From the NCBI GenBank assembly GCA_030704615.1, contig CM060731.1:7874001-7938000 (forward strand): 64,000 bases of DNA, written 5' to 3'. Within the stretch, counting starts at the first letter, position 1. Each line of letters begins with the position of its first letter. A program made the position numbers and the translations under genes. This document shows, piece by piece, positions 35,463-48,742 of this stretch. The notes beneath the pieces were generated by a model. That model was given only the letters and a program-made list of their open reading frames with translations. It made no database searches and was not told the origin of the DNA. Source of the DNA: Takakia lepidozioides (Eukaryota; Plantae; Bryophyta).

Positions 35463-38400
35463 ATGAGTGATGAAAGAGAAGCTAGACTCCAGAGATATTC
35501 AGCAAAAAGAGAAAGCTATCTGAAAGCTAATTAACCATATCTTTGGGAGAGAGGAATAGACATAGGGGAATCATCTGGACCTCTCACACCATTAAGATCA
35601 AAGAGTACATCACCCATACCGGAAGAACTAGAGTTGGATACCACTCCTTCTGTTTCTTTGCAAGAAAGATTAAGGGAATTGGTACGAGAAGAAGATCAAT
35701 CACGAGGTGAAAGATTTGAGGTATATCCCTGGATAAAAGATTTGACAGAAATCTTTGATAAGAGTTGGCATGGAACACCAAAAGCAGGAACTCCAGTTTC
35801 TGAAACGGAAGGTGAAGAAGGAGGAGAGGATGTGGCAGAGCCAACGGAGAGTTCAGACTCTCCAACACCATTGCAGTTGAGTTACATGAGTGAAGAAGAA
35901 ACCCAAGGACAGAACTTGGAGGATGAAAACAGGGAGAAGAAATTGGAAGAGTATGAAGAAGTAGACCCAACAGCTGAGGTTGAGACTACAACCAGGACAT
36001 CCCAACCCGTTGGACCTGGATCAAGTGGAGCACTTGGATCACAGGCCAACGAAGGTGTCGGCTCAGGGGGATCAGGCGGGCGGCCTGGATCTGGCTCTGG
36101 GGGGACAGGGAGTGTGGGAAGTAGTGCAACTGAAGCTGGGAATACTGTGAATATTGTTGGGCCAGTAGCAGGGAGTGCTCAAGGGCCACCACTTGGTGGA
36201 AGATTCACCACAAAAACAACAGGTCCAGAAGGACCAGCACCAGCAAGGTGCCAGCACCTGTCAGTGGGCAGAAGGTAGGGCCACAGATGGCGTTACAACC
36301 AACACGGGCAAAACCACCATTTCCAATATATTCAGGAAAAGGGGATCCCGATGTACACATTAGCCAATTTGAGCACATGTGTATAGTGAACAATGAGAAT
36401 GGCGATGATGCCAAGATGAGATTGTTTCCTTGTTCACTTATCAAGAAAGCAAGTGAATGGTATGCAAGATTCCCTGATAATCATTTCCTAACCTGGAATG
36501 GCTTGAATACAGCATTTCGAAATAGGTTCAGGACAAGTAAAACTGAGGATGAAGTGTATGGAAGTTTACAACAGTTAAAGCAAAAGAAGCATGAAACTGT
36601 TGAGGAGTATATGGAAAAGATGGAATTGATGATGAAAAAGCTGGCTGCAGTACCAGCACCGGTTTACAGAAGACTTGGTTTGTGAATGGACTAAGACCAG
36701 AGTTGCAAAAGAAAGTGGATATGTTACCCCATAATACAGTGGAGGAGGCATTTGAAACTGCAAACATAATTGAGCAATTGTGAATGCTCAGGAGAGAGAA
36801 AAGGGATGATGAGGACTCTGAGGATGAGTCAGATGAAGAAGAAGAGCAAGAACTAAAAGGAAGAGTAAGAGAAAGGAGAAGTTGAAGAGGGATAACTATG
36901 AAAAAAGATTGGAAGAAATCTTGAAGAAGTATGCCACAGAGGCTGCAACACATTGGAGGAAGGGTGTATGGTGTGCAAAGTGCCAGAATGAAGGCCATAC
37001 CACCACAGAATGCCACATGAAGGAGAAACACTGTACTATCTGTAAAATGGATAACCATTCTACTGAGAATTGTTACTACAACAGAAGGACAGCTGCAAGA
37101 GAACCTAGGCAAGTAAGGGTGCATCAGGTGCAGCCCCAGCCAAGAAGAAACAATGATCAGGACCACTATGGTAGGTCTGGTGGTTATAACAATGGCGTGG
37201 AAGGGAGAGGTAATTCAAGAGGAAATTACCAAGGAAATTCCAGAGGCAACTATCAGGGTAATCCAAGGGGGAATTACCAGCCCGGGAATCAGGATTACAG
37301 AAATAATCCAAGAACAGACCAAGGGCGAGGACCCAATGGTGAAGAACTATGTTACTATTGTAATCAGCCAGGACATCGCAGGGCAGCCTGTTCATTCTGG
37401 ATAAGACACCACAATGAGATGAGAGCTCTGTGAATGAGGGCCCAGTGGTGGCAGCTCACATGGTTAGGCCATGTGTTGTACCAGAAGTAAGTACAATGAT
37501 AGTAACCAGAAGCAAAGCCAAACTAATACCTCTAGTAGTTGAGGAAGATGATGATAATGAAGATGGCAGTGATATGCCTGAAGATTAAGAGACTTGGAAA
37601 GATGAGAAGGAACTGCACAAGGAAGTGGCAGATACCATAAGGGAAATGCAGAAGAGTACTGATATTCCTGTGGCAGATTCCTCTGATTCTGATGAAGAAG
37701 AAGAAGTGAGTGAGGATGAAAGGAAGAAAGAAGATGCAGGCACGCAAAGTAATGAAGAGACTTTGGCTGAAGTAATATGCCAGACCAAAGCAGAGATTAC
37801 CATTGGACAGCTATTGGCTGTGGCACCTTATTGTAGGCACAGGCTGTATCAAGCAATCAATCGAATTGCCCAGGAGACAGGAAACACAGACCTGAACAGC
37901 AAGGTGACCAGTTATAATGTGAAGCCGGAAGGGCGAGAAACAGTCATGGACTTTGATGATTCTATGCCAGTAATCCAATTGAGAATTGGAAGCACAGAAC
38001 TAACTGATTTACTTATAGATGGAGGCTCTGGAACAAACATCATGACAGACCAATTAAGGAAGAAGCTTGATTTAAGTAACATGAAACCAGCCCTATTTAC
38101 AGTAACAATGGCAGATCAAAGGAGTGTATAGCCATTGGGATTAATACGAGGAGTTAAGATACAGATACAGAAGATGATCTTTATGATCACAGTAACTGTG
38201 TTGAAGATGGATGAAGTCATGGAGGCTTACTCCTTATTATTGGGACGTCCGTGGCTGAAACAGGCCAGGGTATTCCATGACTGGAATTCTCAGTTACTAA
38301 CCGTGCATAATGGGATGCACGAGATACAAATTACCACAAAGAAATCTAGTAGATTACCTGCTACGAGAAGACCTCGAGGGGTCAGAGAGTATGACTGGAG

Positions 38401-41400
38401 AGGAGGACTGGATGAGGAGCAGGAAGCTACCCTGTTTGCTGCACACCCAGAGTGGGAGCAGGTTGTAGAGATGCGGCTGGAAAGCCTAAGTTGTTTAAGA
38501 GGTATCTGCTGTGGTGTAGTGTTAGCAACACCAATTGAAGAGGAACCAGCAGTTACCCATCACATTTCTATGAAGAAAGAGAAGGAGAAATGGAAATCCT
38601 AGAGGAACCAGCCACTGTGAGTTTACAGGATGAAGTGGTGACTGGTTGGACAATCACAGCTGATGAGCAGGTGAGGGAAGTGAATGTGGGAACTCAAGAG
38701 GATTCGAGGATGGTGAAGGTAGGAGCTGATTTGGAGCCAGAATTCTTTGAAGAAGCTAAGAGTTTGTTCATCAAATACAGAGATGTATTTGCTTGGAGCT
38801 ATGAGGATCTAAAAGGGATACCACCTGAAGTCTGTCAGCATAAGATTGAACTGGAACCAGGGTCAGTACCAATCAAGCAGGCAAGGTACAGAATGAATCC
38901 CAACTACGCACAGAAGGTTGGAGAAGAGATCAAGAAGTTGGCTGAGGCTAAGTTTATATACCCAATAGAGTATACAACTTGGTTGTCACCCATTGTGATA
39001 GTTCCCAAGAAGAATGGTAAACTAAGAGTTTGTGTGAACTACAAGAAGCTGAATGCTTGTACGAAGAAAGATCCTTTCCCTTTGCCATTCACAGAAGCAG
39101 TATTGGACACTGTGGCAGGCCATGAGATGTACTCATTCATGGATGGCTTCAGTGGTTATAATCAAGTTCAAGTGGCAAAAGATGACCAAGAAAGACAGCT
39201 TTTATCACAGACTGGGGTGCTTATGCATACAAAGTCATGCCCTTTGGACTTTGTAATGCACCAGCAACTTTTCAGAGAGTGATAAGTGAATCTTTTCATG
39301 AGTATCTGGATGATTTCATGCAGGTGTTCTTGGATGATTTCAGTGTATACAGCTCTAAGAATGAGCACTTGCATAAATTGGAGTTATGTCTGGCCAGATG
39401 CAGGATGAGAGGTCTGGGCCTGAATCCAGAGAAATGTACTTTCTGAGTGAACTCAGGCGTGCTTCTGGGACACATTGTGTGTAAGAGGGGACTTCTTGTG
39501 GATCCCAGGAAGATAGAGGCCATTAAAGCCTCTCCACCACCAACAAATGTTAAGAGTCTAAGGAGATTCCTTGGGCAAACCAGTTATTACAGAAGATTTG
39601 TCAAAAGGTATGCACAAATAGCAGCACCATTGAGCAAGCTTCTGAAGAAAGATGCAGTGTTTGCATGGACAGCTGAATGTCAACAGGCTTTTGAGGAACT
39701 TTACATTGTCAGTAACAACTACACCTGTGCTGATTAACCCTCACTGGCATGTAGTATTTCATGTTCACTGTGATGCCTAAGGAGAAGCGTTCGGAGCGGT
39801 GTTAGCCCAAAATGTTACAGGAAATATAGATTCACCTGTGTACTATGCTAGCAGGTTGATGAACAGTGTTGAAAGGAACTATAGCACAACTGAAAGAGAA
39901 GCACTGGCAATGATTTATGTAGTCAAGAAATTCAGGCATTACCTATTGGGAAGAAAGTTTATGTTTTATGTGGATCACCAAGCTCTGATATATCTGGTGA
40001 ACAAACCTTTGATAAGTGGAAGGATAGCAAGGTGGTTAATAATCTTGCATGAGTTTGAGTTCGAAGTTGTTTACAAGCCTGGCCGTTTGCATCTTGTGGC
40101 AGATCATTTGTCACGACTAACAACAGGAGAGGCCGCCACAGGAGTAGATGATCAGTTACCTGATGCGAGTTTATTTGTAATGGAGGTGCAAGGAAGTGCA
40201 GATGAATGGTTAGATTGGCAATGGCCAATCAGATACTACCTTACTCATGGTCAATGCCCACCTAGTTATGGTAAGGAGCAGAGGAAGAGAATCGCTATCA
40301 AGGCTTTACCTTATTCTATGGTAGGAAACAGAATGTATAAGCTAGGACCTGATGGAGTACTTAAACGATGCTTGTACCACCATGAAGTAAATAAAGTTTT
40401 GGAGGAAGTTCATAGAGGAGTGGCTGGAGGTCATTTTGGAGAAGAGACTACCAGTAGGAAGATACTACTTGCAGGTTACTGGTGGCCTACTTTGTTCAAA
40501 GATGTACACAAGTATTGTTAGAGTTGTGATGAATGTCAGAGGCTAGGACCTTTGCAGAGATCTGGAAAGATGGCCTTGCATCCTACAATGCCTACAGAAC
40601 CATTTCAGAAATGGGGACTAGACTTTGTTGGACCAATTAACCCACCAGCCAAGAATACACGGAACAGGTACATATTTACAGCCACTGATTATACTACAAA
40701 GTGGGTGGAAGCTAAAGCTTTGAGGGACAACACAGCCAAGTCCACAGCAAGGTTCCTGTATGAGAACATACTTACACAATTTGGCTGTCCCTTGGAATTT
40801 ATCAGTGATCAGGGAAGTCACTTCATTAATGAGACCATTGAATTATTGACTAAAGAGTTCATGATTGTGCATAGGAAAAGTACAACATATTACCCACAGG
40901 GTAATGGACACGCATAGGCTACCAAAGAGAATGGAATTGCAATATTCAATTAAGGTCAGGAAACATGAATTATACCATGTGGAAGAAATACGTGGAAGGG
41001 GTACAGTGGTATCCATGACAAACCATTGCATCATGATTTGCATGTTGAAACGCAAAAGCAATCACGGGCTCCGCCAGTGATACCAACGGAGTATGGAGCA
41101 CTTGTCGCTAAGCCAAGCATATATGACCAGGACGGGCAGAACAAGAGCGACACAGCCTATCACAGCCCATCACGACGCGACACAGCCTATCACAGCCCAT
41201 CATGACGCGACACAGCCTATCACAGCCCAGCAAGGCGCAACACAGCATATCACAGCCCATCACGACACGACACAGCCTATCACAGCCCAGCAAGGCGCGA
41301 CACAGCATATCACAACCCATCACGACGCGACACAGCCTGTCACAGCCCAACAAGACGCGACACAACATATCACAGCCCAGCACGGCGCAACACAGCCTAT

Positions 41401-41530
41401 CACAACCTACCACAGCGTGTCACAGCCTATCACAACTTACCACAGTGCAACACAGCCTATCACAACGTACCACAGTATGACACAGCCAGTCACAGCTCAA
41501 CACAGCCTACTAGGGTTACACAATCCATAG
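35463..41530 (+). pseudogene. Gypsy gag-pol: gag, PR, RT, RNase H, integrase (stops, frameshifts, internal deletions)
   Basis: Knuckles CAKCQNEGH, CTICKMDNH and CYYCNQPGH; protease LIDGGSG; RT motifs MDGFSGYNQ, MPFGLCNAPATFQR and FLDDF; RNase H RNYSTTEREAL; integrase WGLDFVGP and SDQG. Domain order RT-RH-INT indicates Ty3/Gypsy. Confidence 0.95.
41147..41510. repeat. 30-bp (3x10) CACAGCC tandem repeat after the integrase
   Basis: CACAGCCTAT CACAGCCCAT CACGACGCGA units; the same motif occurs in the LTRs and at 58790-59000. Confidence 0.9.
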
Positions 41531-41721
41531 AATCAGTGACAGGTGGACGCAGGATAACTTCAGGGAAATGGCCGGAGGAAGAAAGGACGGAAGCCAGTTT
41601 AGAAAGGGACACGTGGAAGTCAGGGTGCAACACATAGCTAAGAAGGAAGTGCAAGAACAGGTATCATCAAGAAAGATGACAAGAATGGCCGTCAAAATAC
41701 CTAATTAGCACGTCAATTCGG

Positions 41722-44700
41722 ATGAATGGCGAGCCCATTAATGAATACGGAAAAAGGGCAACAGAACAAACGGCAAGTACAGAAAAGCGAAATTCTTGTC
41801 ACATGTGTTATCCTAGTGGACAGTCCAGCAGGGAAAGTCCACTAAAGAAAATTAAATCTAAAATCCAGTCACAGCGGTTACAGCCAATCGAAAGCCAGAA
41901 AAGGGATCAAGAAATTGGAGGGAATTTAAGCGCAAGAGTCGGCGTCGTTCTAAGTAACGGGCGTCTCGACGGGACAAACCATCAATGCTATAGCTTTGAA
42001 GCTATGGATGAACTATTAAACTATACGCTCGCAATATTACTTACGCAGTGGCATAGGGACGGAAGAACAGAGCAAATCTTTTCTCTTAATCGATGTTTGC
42101 AAGCCCCGCAGGCTTACAAGAAATTACCCATAGCTTTTTGTGGCAACCATACGTTTATGCTTTGTGCCCTGCAGGCATTTTTTCAATTGTTACAGCCAAA
42201 ACCTTTCTGTGGGTCTAGAATGAAGAGAGTGAGAGGAATGGAAGAAATCAGGGTGAAGAGCACCACAATCCTGCAAAAACAAACGATTGCTACTCCACAG
42301 GCGGTACAGTTACTGAAGGAGCTGCGATTGGAAGGATTGCAAAGCAAAGATTGGACATTGCACCATAGACAGTACATGTTACAATTCTTGCAGAACTTTG
42401 AGCCTAGGACAGAAGCAACAACGGTGAAGGGAGTTGAATTAGAAATTACTCCCCTATACCTACAGCAATTGTTTCAATTGCTAGCAGGTCAGGTGCATGT
42501 GGAGGAGCACAGGGCAAGACTGCAAATAGGGGACTTATTCCAAGAAGGGAGTTTCTTTAAAACTCAGGGTTATGCTTGTACCAAGGCCGTGTACCCAGGG
42601 CTAAGGGAGGTAGGCCAGGTATTGAACGTTCTGTTTGCCATGAAACAGAGAGGAGAAGAGGTAGAATGGGCAGACATAATGTACAACGCACTGATAGAGG
42701 AGATGAAAAGATTACAGGGCACTGCCGCAAAGTCTCCTATTATAGTGTCTGGCCCAATCATTGCTCAAATAATTCTTGATTCTGGCATACTTGATGCTCG
42801 AGAAAGAAAGGAGATGGGAGTGTTTGAGACTAAAACCACTGCAATGGAAGAGCAAGGCTCTTCACACAGTGAGGGTGGACTGGCAGGGCAACCCCAGACT
42901 AAGAGACAGAGGCGGGGAAAGACTGTAGTGGCGGATCCACTGGCTTCACGGAAACCGCATGATAATGTTTCCCAAGCTCTTGTGGAGGAAGGGGCACAGC
43001 AGCACAGAGAACTGCTATTATTGGAAGCGGGACCTTCAGAGAGGGAAGAGGAAGTTACTTCAGTATCACAGCCATCACAACCAGATGATCGGCTTGTCAC
43101 AGAGTTACCACAAGTTGTCCATGCAGTTCCACCAGAAATAATTGATTTGGAGAAAGAAGGGTTAGATATTCCCACTATAGAACAGGTGGTGGCAGAAATT
43201 GAGAAGGGGGACCTTCTCTATGAATATTCTGGTCTGGTCAAGGACACAGCGATTCCGGAGGTGCAACGGTTGTACAAGGGAAACCCTGCGGTGCATATAA
43301 TACACAAACCTGTGACGGAGGTACCACAGGTAGAATGTCAAGACACTGTAGCACCGGTGACGGATGAAGTAGTTCAGGAAGAAAATTTGGTGGGGCAATG
43401 GCCTGAGTGGTTCGTGAGGCATCACACTTTTGAGGATCAGGGAGAACAGCAGCAAACTCACCATGATGACCCTCAACAGGCCATGCTTATGAGTTCCATA
43501 AGCAGGACACTTAATTTGCTGGGGACTTATGTCAAATCCCATGTTCCAATTACCCAATTGGCAGCTTTGAGGGAGGAACTCAGGAAGGAGTTTGAGGCTC
43601 GACTTGCCACTGAGTGTGCAAACAAGGTCAATGAAGAGGTCACTCTCAAGATGCAGCAAGACTTGGAGAGTACAGAAGCGGCTTTGCAATTGGCCAAGGA
43701 ACAATTGATTGAGGCAGGCCTCGCACAAGACCACTTGCACGAAGAACATAAGCAACAGCTATACCAAATGCATGTGAAGCATGAAAGCAAGTTGCAAGAA
43801 GTGAATGCACTACATATGGAGTTGCAGACAGTGCATGACAGGATGGCCATCCAATGTGCTACACTCACAACTATGCTTGACCAAGCTACAATAGAAATAA
43901 ACAGTCAAGCGGAAAGATGTACGAAGGCAGAGACAGAGAATGTGGAGCAATTGAAACTCATTGTCGATATGAAGAATACAATCTCTCGCAATGAGAATAC
44001 TTTCAAACAATACAGGCAGGTTGAAGCTGACCAAGAGAGGTACATCCTGGAGTTGCAACAAACGCTAATGGTAAATAGAAATGAACTCTCTGTGGCTAAC
44101 AAGGCTTGGAAGGAAGCCAATAATCTGGCTGCTGCCTATGCGAGTTTGGTTGAACCTCATGCGAAGCGCATGGAGGGTTTACAGCAGCAGATAGATGTGT
44201 GCAGGCTCACAGAGGAGCAAACTCTAAGGGGTGTCACAAGCAACTTGGTGGATAACCACCTTATGCAAGTCTGGTTAACACAAGGGCCGGTGGAAGGCAA
44301 AGCACCACGGAAGCTCACCCAAAGCGAGATGAATGAGCTCAGACTGCAAGTGCAGAACATTGCCACAACTACTATAGACAATGTCTATAGTAGGATAGCA
44401 AAGTTACAGGAGGATGTAGACGGCCTGCAGACTCAAGTGGAGGACCTCACTTCAAATATCGACAAAAGAGTCTGTATACCTGAGGAACAGCTAATGGCTT
44501 CTTATTTACAAGCGAGAACTTTAGTTTTTCAGTCTTCTTCACAGGGGGTGCAGGAGATGTCAATGGTACAAGAGCCACCAACACCAACACCAACACCACA
44601 ACAAGTCACTGTGTCAGTAGCTGACCCTGTTGTTACTACAGCCACACCACAACCACCGTAGCCTGAGGTATGGGGGAATGCTACTTTTAACCCACCTAAA

Positions 44701-45731
44701 ACTCCAGCTGCAAGGGAGTACAGTTGGGCTATGATTATGCCCTTCAACCAAATTCCCATTGTGTTGGATTTAGCTTGGAAAGAATTTAGTCCTCCGCAGT
44801 CATTGGCACATTACTATCAAATCATGCGCATTTGGCTGCCAGTGGCCACTAGGACTAAAGTTCTTCCGAACAATCGACCAATTGAGGATCATCACTTTGC
44901 GCAGTACTGGCATGAGGCAAGTACCATGTTGAAGGAATTAATTGCCTTCCAAGTTGTACATGGATTCATTTATACCAAGACCAAAGAGATAGCAAGTATT
45001 GTCATGGGCTGCGGGTTATACTACGCTGTTTGTTTTCTGGTACGTTATCACATTGAGCAACAGAAGATGCAAACGCGCTTTCTGAATTATTCCAGTGGGG
45101 ATCATTGGGTCTTACCTTTAGTGCCACCTCATATGTACCTATATGAGGCAAAAGTTATGATGTAAAAGGATTCTCAGATTCGTTCATGGTTTCATGCGGC
45201 CTGGAACAATTTGTCAACACAGAAATTCGGGCCTGACGATATTTTCTTTAAGGGACATGAGGCAAGGAAATATTTGCACAATTCACAAGTCATTGGTACA
45301 CCACTCACATGGACAGACAAGGAGCTCAGGGTCTTCACCAATTTTGCAATTCACGCTTACAACAAGTTTTACAGTTTAAACTTCCAGACATGGTGGGACA
45401 ACATTGTATGCCCCAGAGAATTCCAGTTAAAGTTCAACAATTAAAACACCTCAGGGGGGACGAGGATTCTGATACAACTGTTTCTTCAGCGGACTCTTTT
45501 GACATGGCAGAGGACTATGCAATTCAGATGGCAGAGAAGAAGCGAAAGGGGTCTCCTATGCCTGAAAGTTTACCTCGATATCAGCCTCAAGAGGGACTGA
45601 CATATCCAGGTAGTGTTCAATCATCTCCCTCAACCAGTGACAGAACACGGGCTCGCACACGGAGTCCTTCACGAGACTCTCAACGTCACAAGGGTGCTTG
45701 CTCACAAAGGTTTACAAATCCCAAACAGTAA
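41722..45731 (+). CDS. Long extra 3' ORF of the Gypsy family (env-position ORF with coiled coil); 979-aa open part, then decayed continuation
   Basis: ORF 41722-44661 plus colinear frames to 45731. Homologous fragments occur in three other places. It lies between the integrase and the PPT. Confidence 0.7.
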
Positions 45732-45769
45732 ACCGTGAGGACACGGCTTTTTGAGAGGGGAAGGGGTAA

Positions 45770-46807
45770 TGTTAGAGGACTGCTTGGGACTTAGACTTTT
45801 ACGGGATCTGTGGGGTAGCCTTAATTTTTACACAGACTGAGACCAACAGGAGTCTTAGGGGTGACAGCAACAGGCTTTAGGGGGGGAGATACACAGCCCA
45901 ACACAGTCCATCACAGCCCGTCACAGCCGTCACAGTCCAACACAGCCACGCACAGCCAACACAGCCCGTCACAGCTTCGCACAGCCAACACAGCCAGTCA
46001 CAGTCCAACACAGCCAGTCATAGTCAACACATCCCGTCACAGCCCGACACAGCCCAACACAGTCGCACAGCCAGTCACAGCCCGACACAGCCGGTCACAG
46101 CCGGTCACAGTTTCACACAGCCAGTCACAGCTTGACACAGCTGTCACGACCATATGGAACGGATAGCAGGACAGGGAACGACTGTGGGGAACAACATCTG
46201 CGAATGGAACATGTTAGTTCACGGATGACGGTTAGTGAGGGAAACGGTTAGAACAACGGGTAGGAAGATAAAGCCAGGAGCGAGGATTGGAAAAGAATCA
46301 ATTCGGGAGGATCACTTCTTGGGGGGACTTCGGACATCACTGGGGGGGGAAATGAAGGAGAGACGCATCTTTGAGCAAAAAGAGGGAGAGCACGGAATAG
46401 GAGGAGGACGATCTGTTGATGCTTGATGAATGCAAGTAGTAGAGTTGTAATGTAGAGCAGATTAGAGACTCCATGGCTTCAGCCTGATACTTGATAGATA
46501 TTAATCTGATACATACTTCATACTCACACTGTGTAGAGAGATCTGAGTGAAGCTGTGGAATGAATGGATGAGATGATGGAATCCGATAGATTGCTGAAGC
46601 AAACTGATACTTAATTACCAACAGTAAGGTAACTAGCTAACATGAATACGGGAAGGAAAACAAATAGGAAACACCCCCATGATACACTAGCTGTAGGTCA
46701 TGACTGATTGTTCTGAGCGGGCTGAGTGCTTAGAGATTTCCAACTCTTCTATTTTGGAGTTTCCGCCTCGGATAGCGAAGGGATGGGTGAGTAAAAGCCG
46801 CGCGACA
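45770..46807 (+). mobile_element. Complete Gypsy 3' LTR (~1.04 kb)
   Basis: TGTTAGAGG...GCCGCGCGACA, preceded by the PPT. Confidence 0.93.
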
Positions 46808-47834
46808 CCAGTGCGTTGTACATTATGTCCGCCCATGTTACATCTTCTCCTCTCAGGGCTTTGAGTATTTCCTCTGTGAAGGATCTGCTCAAATATTGTT
46901 GGTTCTGTTTCATGGCAAACAGAACGTTCAATAACTGGCCTACCTCCCTTAGCCCTGGGTACACGGCCTTGGTACAAGCATAACCCTGAGTTTTAAAGAA
47001 ACTCCTTTCTTGGAATAAGTCCCTTATTTGCAGTCTTGCCCTGTGCTCCTCCACATGCACCTGACCTGATGGCAATTCAAACAATTGTTGTAGGTATAGG
47101 GGAGTAATTTCTAATTCAACTCCCTTCACCATTGTTGCTCCTGTCCTAGGCTCAAGTTTGCAAGAATTGTAACATGTACTGCCTATGGTGCAATGTCCAA
47201 TCTTTGCTTTGCAATCCTTCTAATCGCAGCTCCTTCAGTAACTTTACCGCCTGTGGAGTAGCAATCGTTTGTTTCTGTAGGATTGTGGTGCTCTCACCCT
47301 GATTTCTTCCATTCCTCTCACTCTCTTCATTCTAGACCCACAGAAAGGTTTTGGTTGTAACAATTGAAGAAATGCTTGTAGGGCACAAAGCATAAACATA
47401 TGGTTGCCACAAAATGCTATGGGTAATTTCTTGTAAGCCTGCGGGGCTTGCAAGCATCGATTAAGAGAAAAGATACTCTCTATTCTTCTATCCCCGTGCC
47501 ACTACGTAAGTAGTATCGCGAGCGTATAGTCTGTTAGTTCCTCCATAGCTTCAAAGCTATAGCATTGATGGTCTGTCCCGTCGAGACGCCCGTAACTTGG
47601 AACGACGCCGACTCTTGCGCTTAAAATCCCTCCAATTTCTTGATCCTGCTTCTGGCTTATGATTGGCTGTAACCGCTGTGACTGGATTTTAGATTTAATT
47701 TCCTTCCATGGATTTTCCACTCTGGACTGTCCACTAGGATAGCACATGTGACATGGATTTCGCTTTTCGGTACTTTTAAAGGGTTCCGTTACCTTTTCCC
47801 TGTATGCATTAATAGGCCCATAATAAGTTAATGT
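46808..47834 (-). pseudogene. Fragment of another Gypsy copy (5' part of the 3' ORF)
   Basis: Translations match 41780-42690 (QAPQAYKKLPIAFCGNH, KTQGYACTKAVYPG). Confidence 0.85.
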
Positions 47835-48204
47835 GAGGTTTGCTATTTCATGAGCATGAGCGGCATGAGCGGCATGAGCAGGGTAGTAAGACAATCGGTT
47901 TTCATGAGCAGAAGTACAAATTTCGAAAATAAAAAACAATAAAAAACAATAATTTAATGCAATGTGTCAGGAAAAACAAATATATTATTCGGCCCCTTGA
48001 AGGGAAAATTGCAGTTTTGACAGTTGTGCTCATGATATTTCGTCTTCCGCTCATGCCAATTCCCAGCGACATGTGCAAATATGGCGCCGAATTTCGCGGA
48101 AATAGGGTCCGTAACCTGAAAAAACGACGATGTATTTCGCGGTAATAGGTCTCTCTGGCGAAAAATGGTGCCGAATTCCACGGCTATAGGTCCCCTCATG
48201 ACAG

Positions 48205-48590
48205 GTAATTCGGCGCCATTTTTCCAGTGCATGTTCGGACTTAGCCAGTTTTCGGCGCAAAATAGGGAAATTCGGCGCCATTTTTTCCATACACTGTACC
48301 AGTGCATGTTGGGACTTAGCCAGTTTTCGGCCCAAAAAAGAGAAATTCGGCGCCATTTTTCCAGACACGGTACTAGTGCATGTTGGGACTTAGCCAGTTT
48401 TCGGCCCAAAAAAGAGAAATTCGGCGCCATTTTTCCAGACACGGTACTAGTGCATGTTGGGACTTAGCCAGTTTTCGGCCCAAAAAAGAGAAATTCGGCG
48501 CCATTTTCCCAGACACAGGTACCAGTGCATGTTGGGACTTAGCCAGTTTTCGGCCCAAAAAAGAGAAATTCGGTGCCATTTTTCCAGAAA
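48205..48590. repeat. Subterminal ~74-bp repeat, ~5 copies
   Basis: Reverse complement of the 11313-11540 unit, with more copies. Confidence 0.9.
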
Positions 48591-48742
48591 TGGCCCCACA
48601 ACTGCTTTTGTTGGATCTCAGTTTGAATGGAATATTGCCTCATTCCAGGAGTTTTGGGGTGCATTTCATTACACTGCAAAAAAAAGTCTGATACAACAAA
48701 ATGCAATTGAAAATATCCATATGGAGGATTCCCTTTGCCCCA

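Larger units (their letters stand above)
34041..46807 (+). mobile_element. Near full-length Ty3/Gypsy LTR retrotransposon (non-chromovirus-like, extra 5' and 3' ORFs)
   Basis: Partial LTR 34041-34853, PBS 34856-34873, gag-pol, 3' ORF, PPT 45753-45766 and LTR 45770-46807 (TG...CA). Confidence 0.92.
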
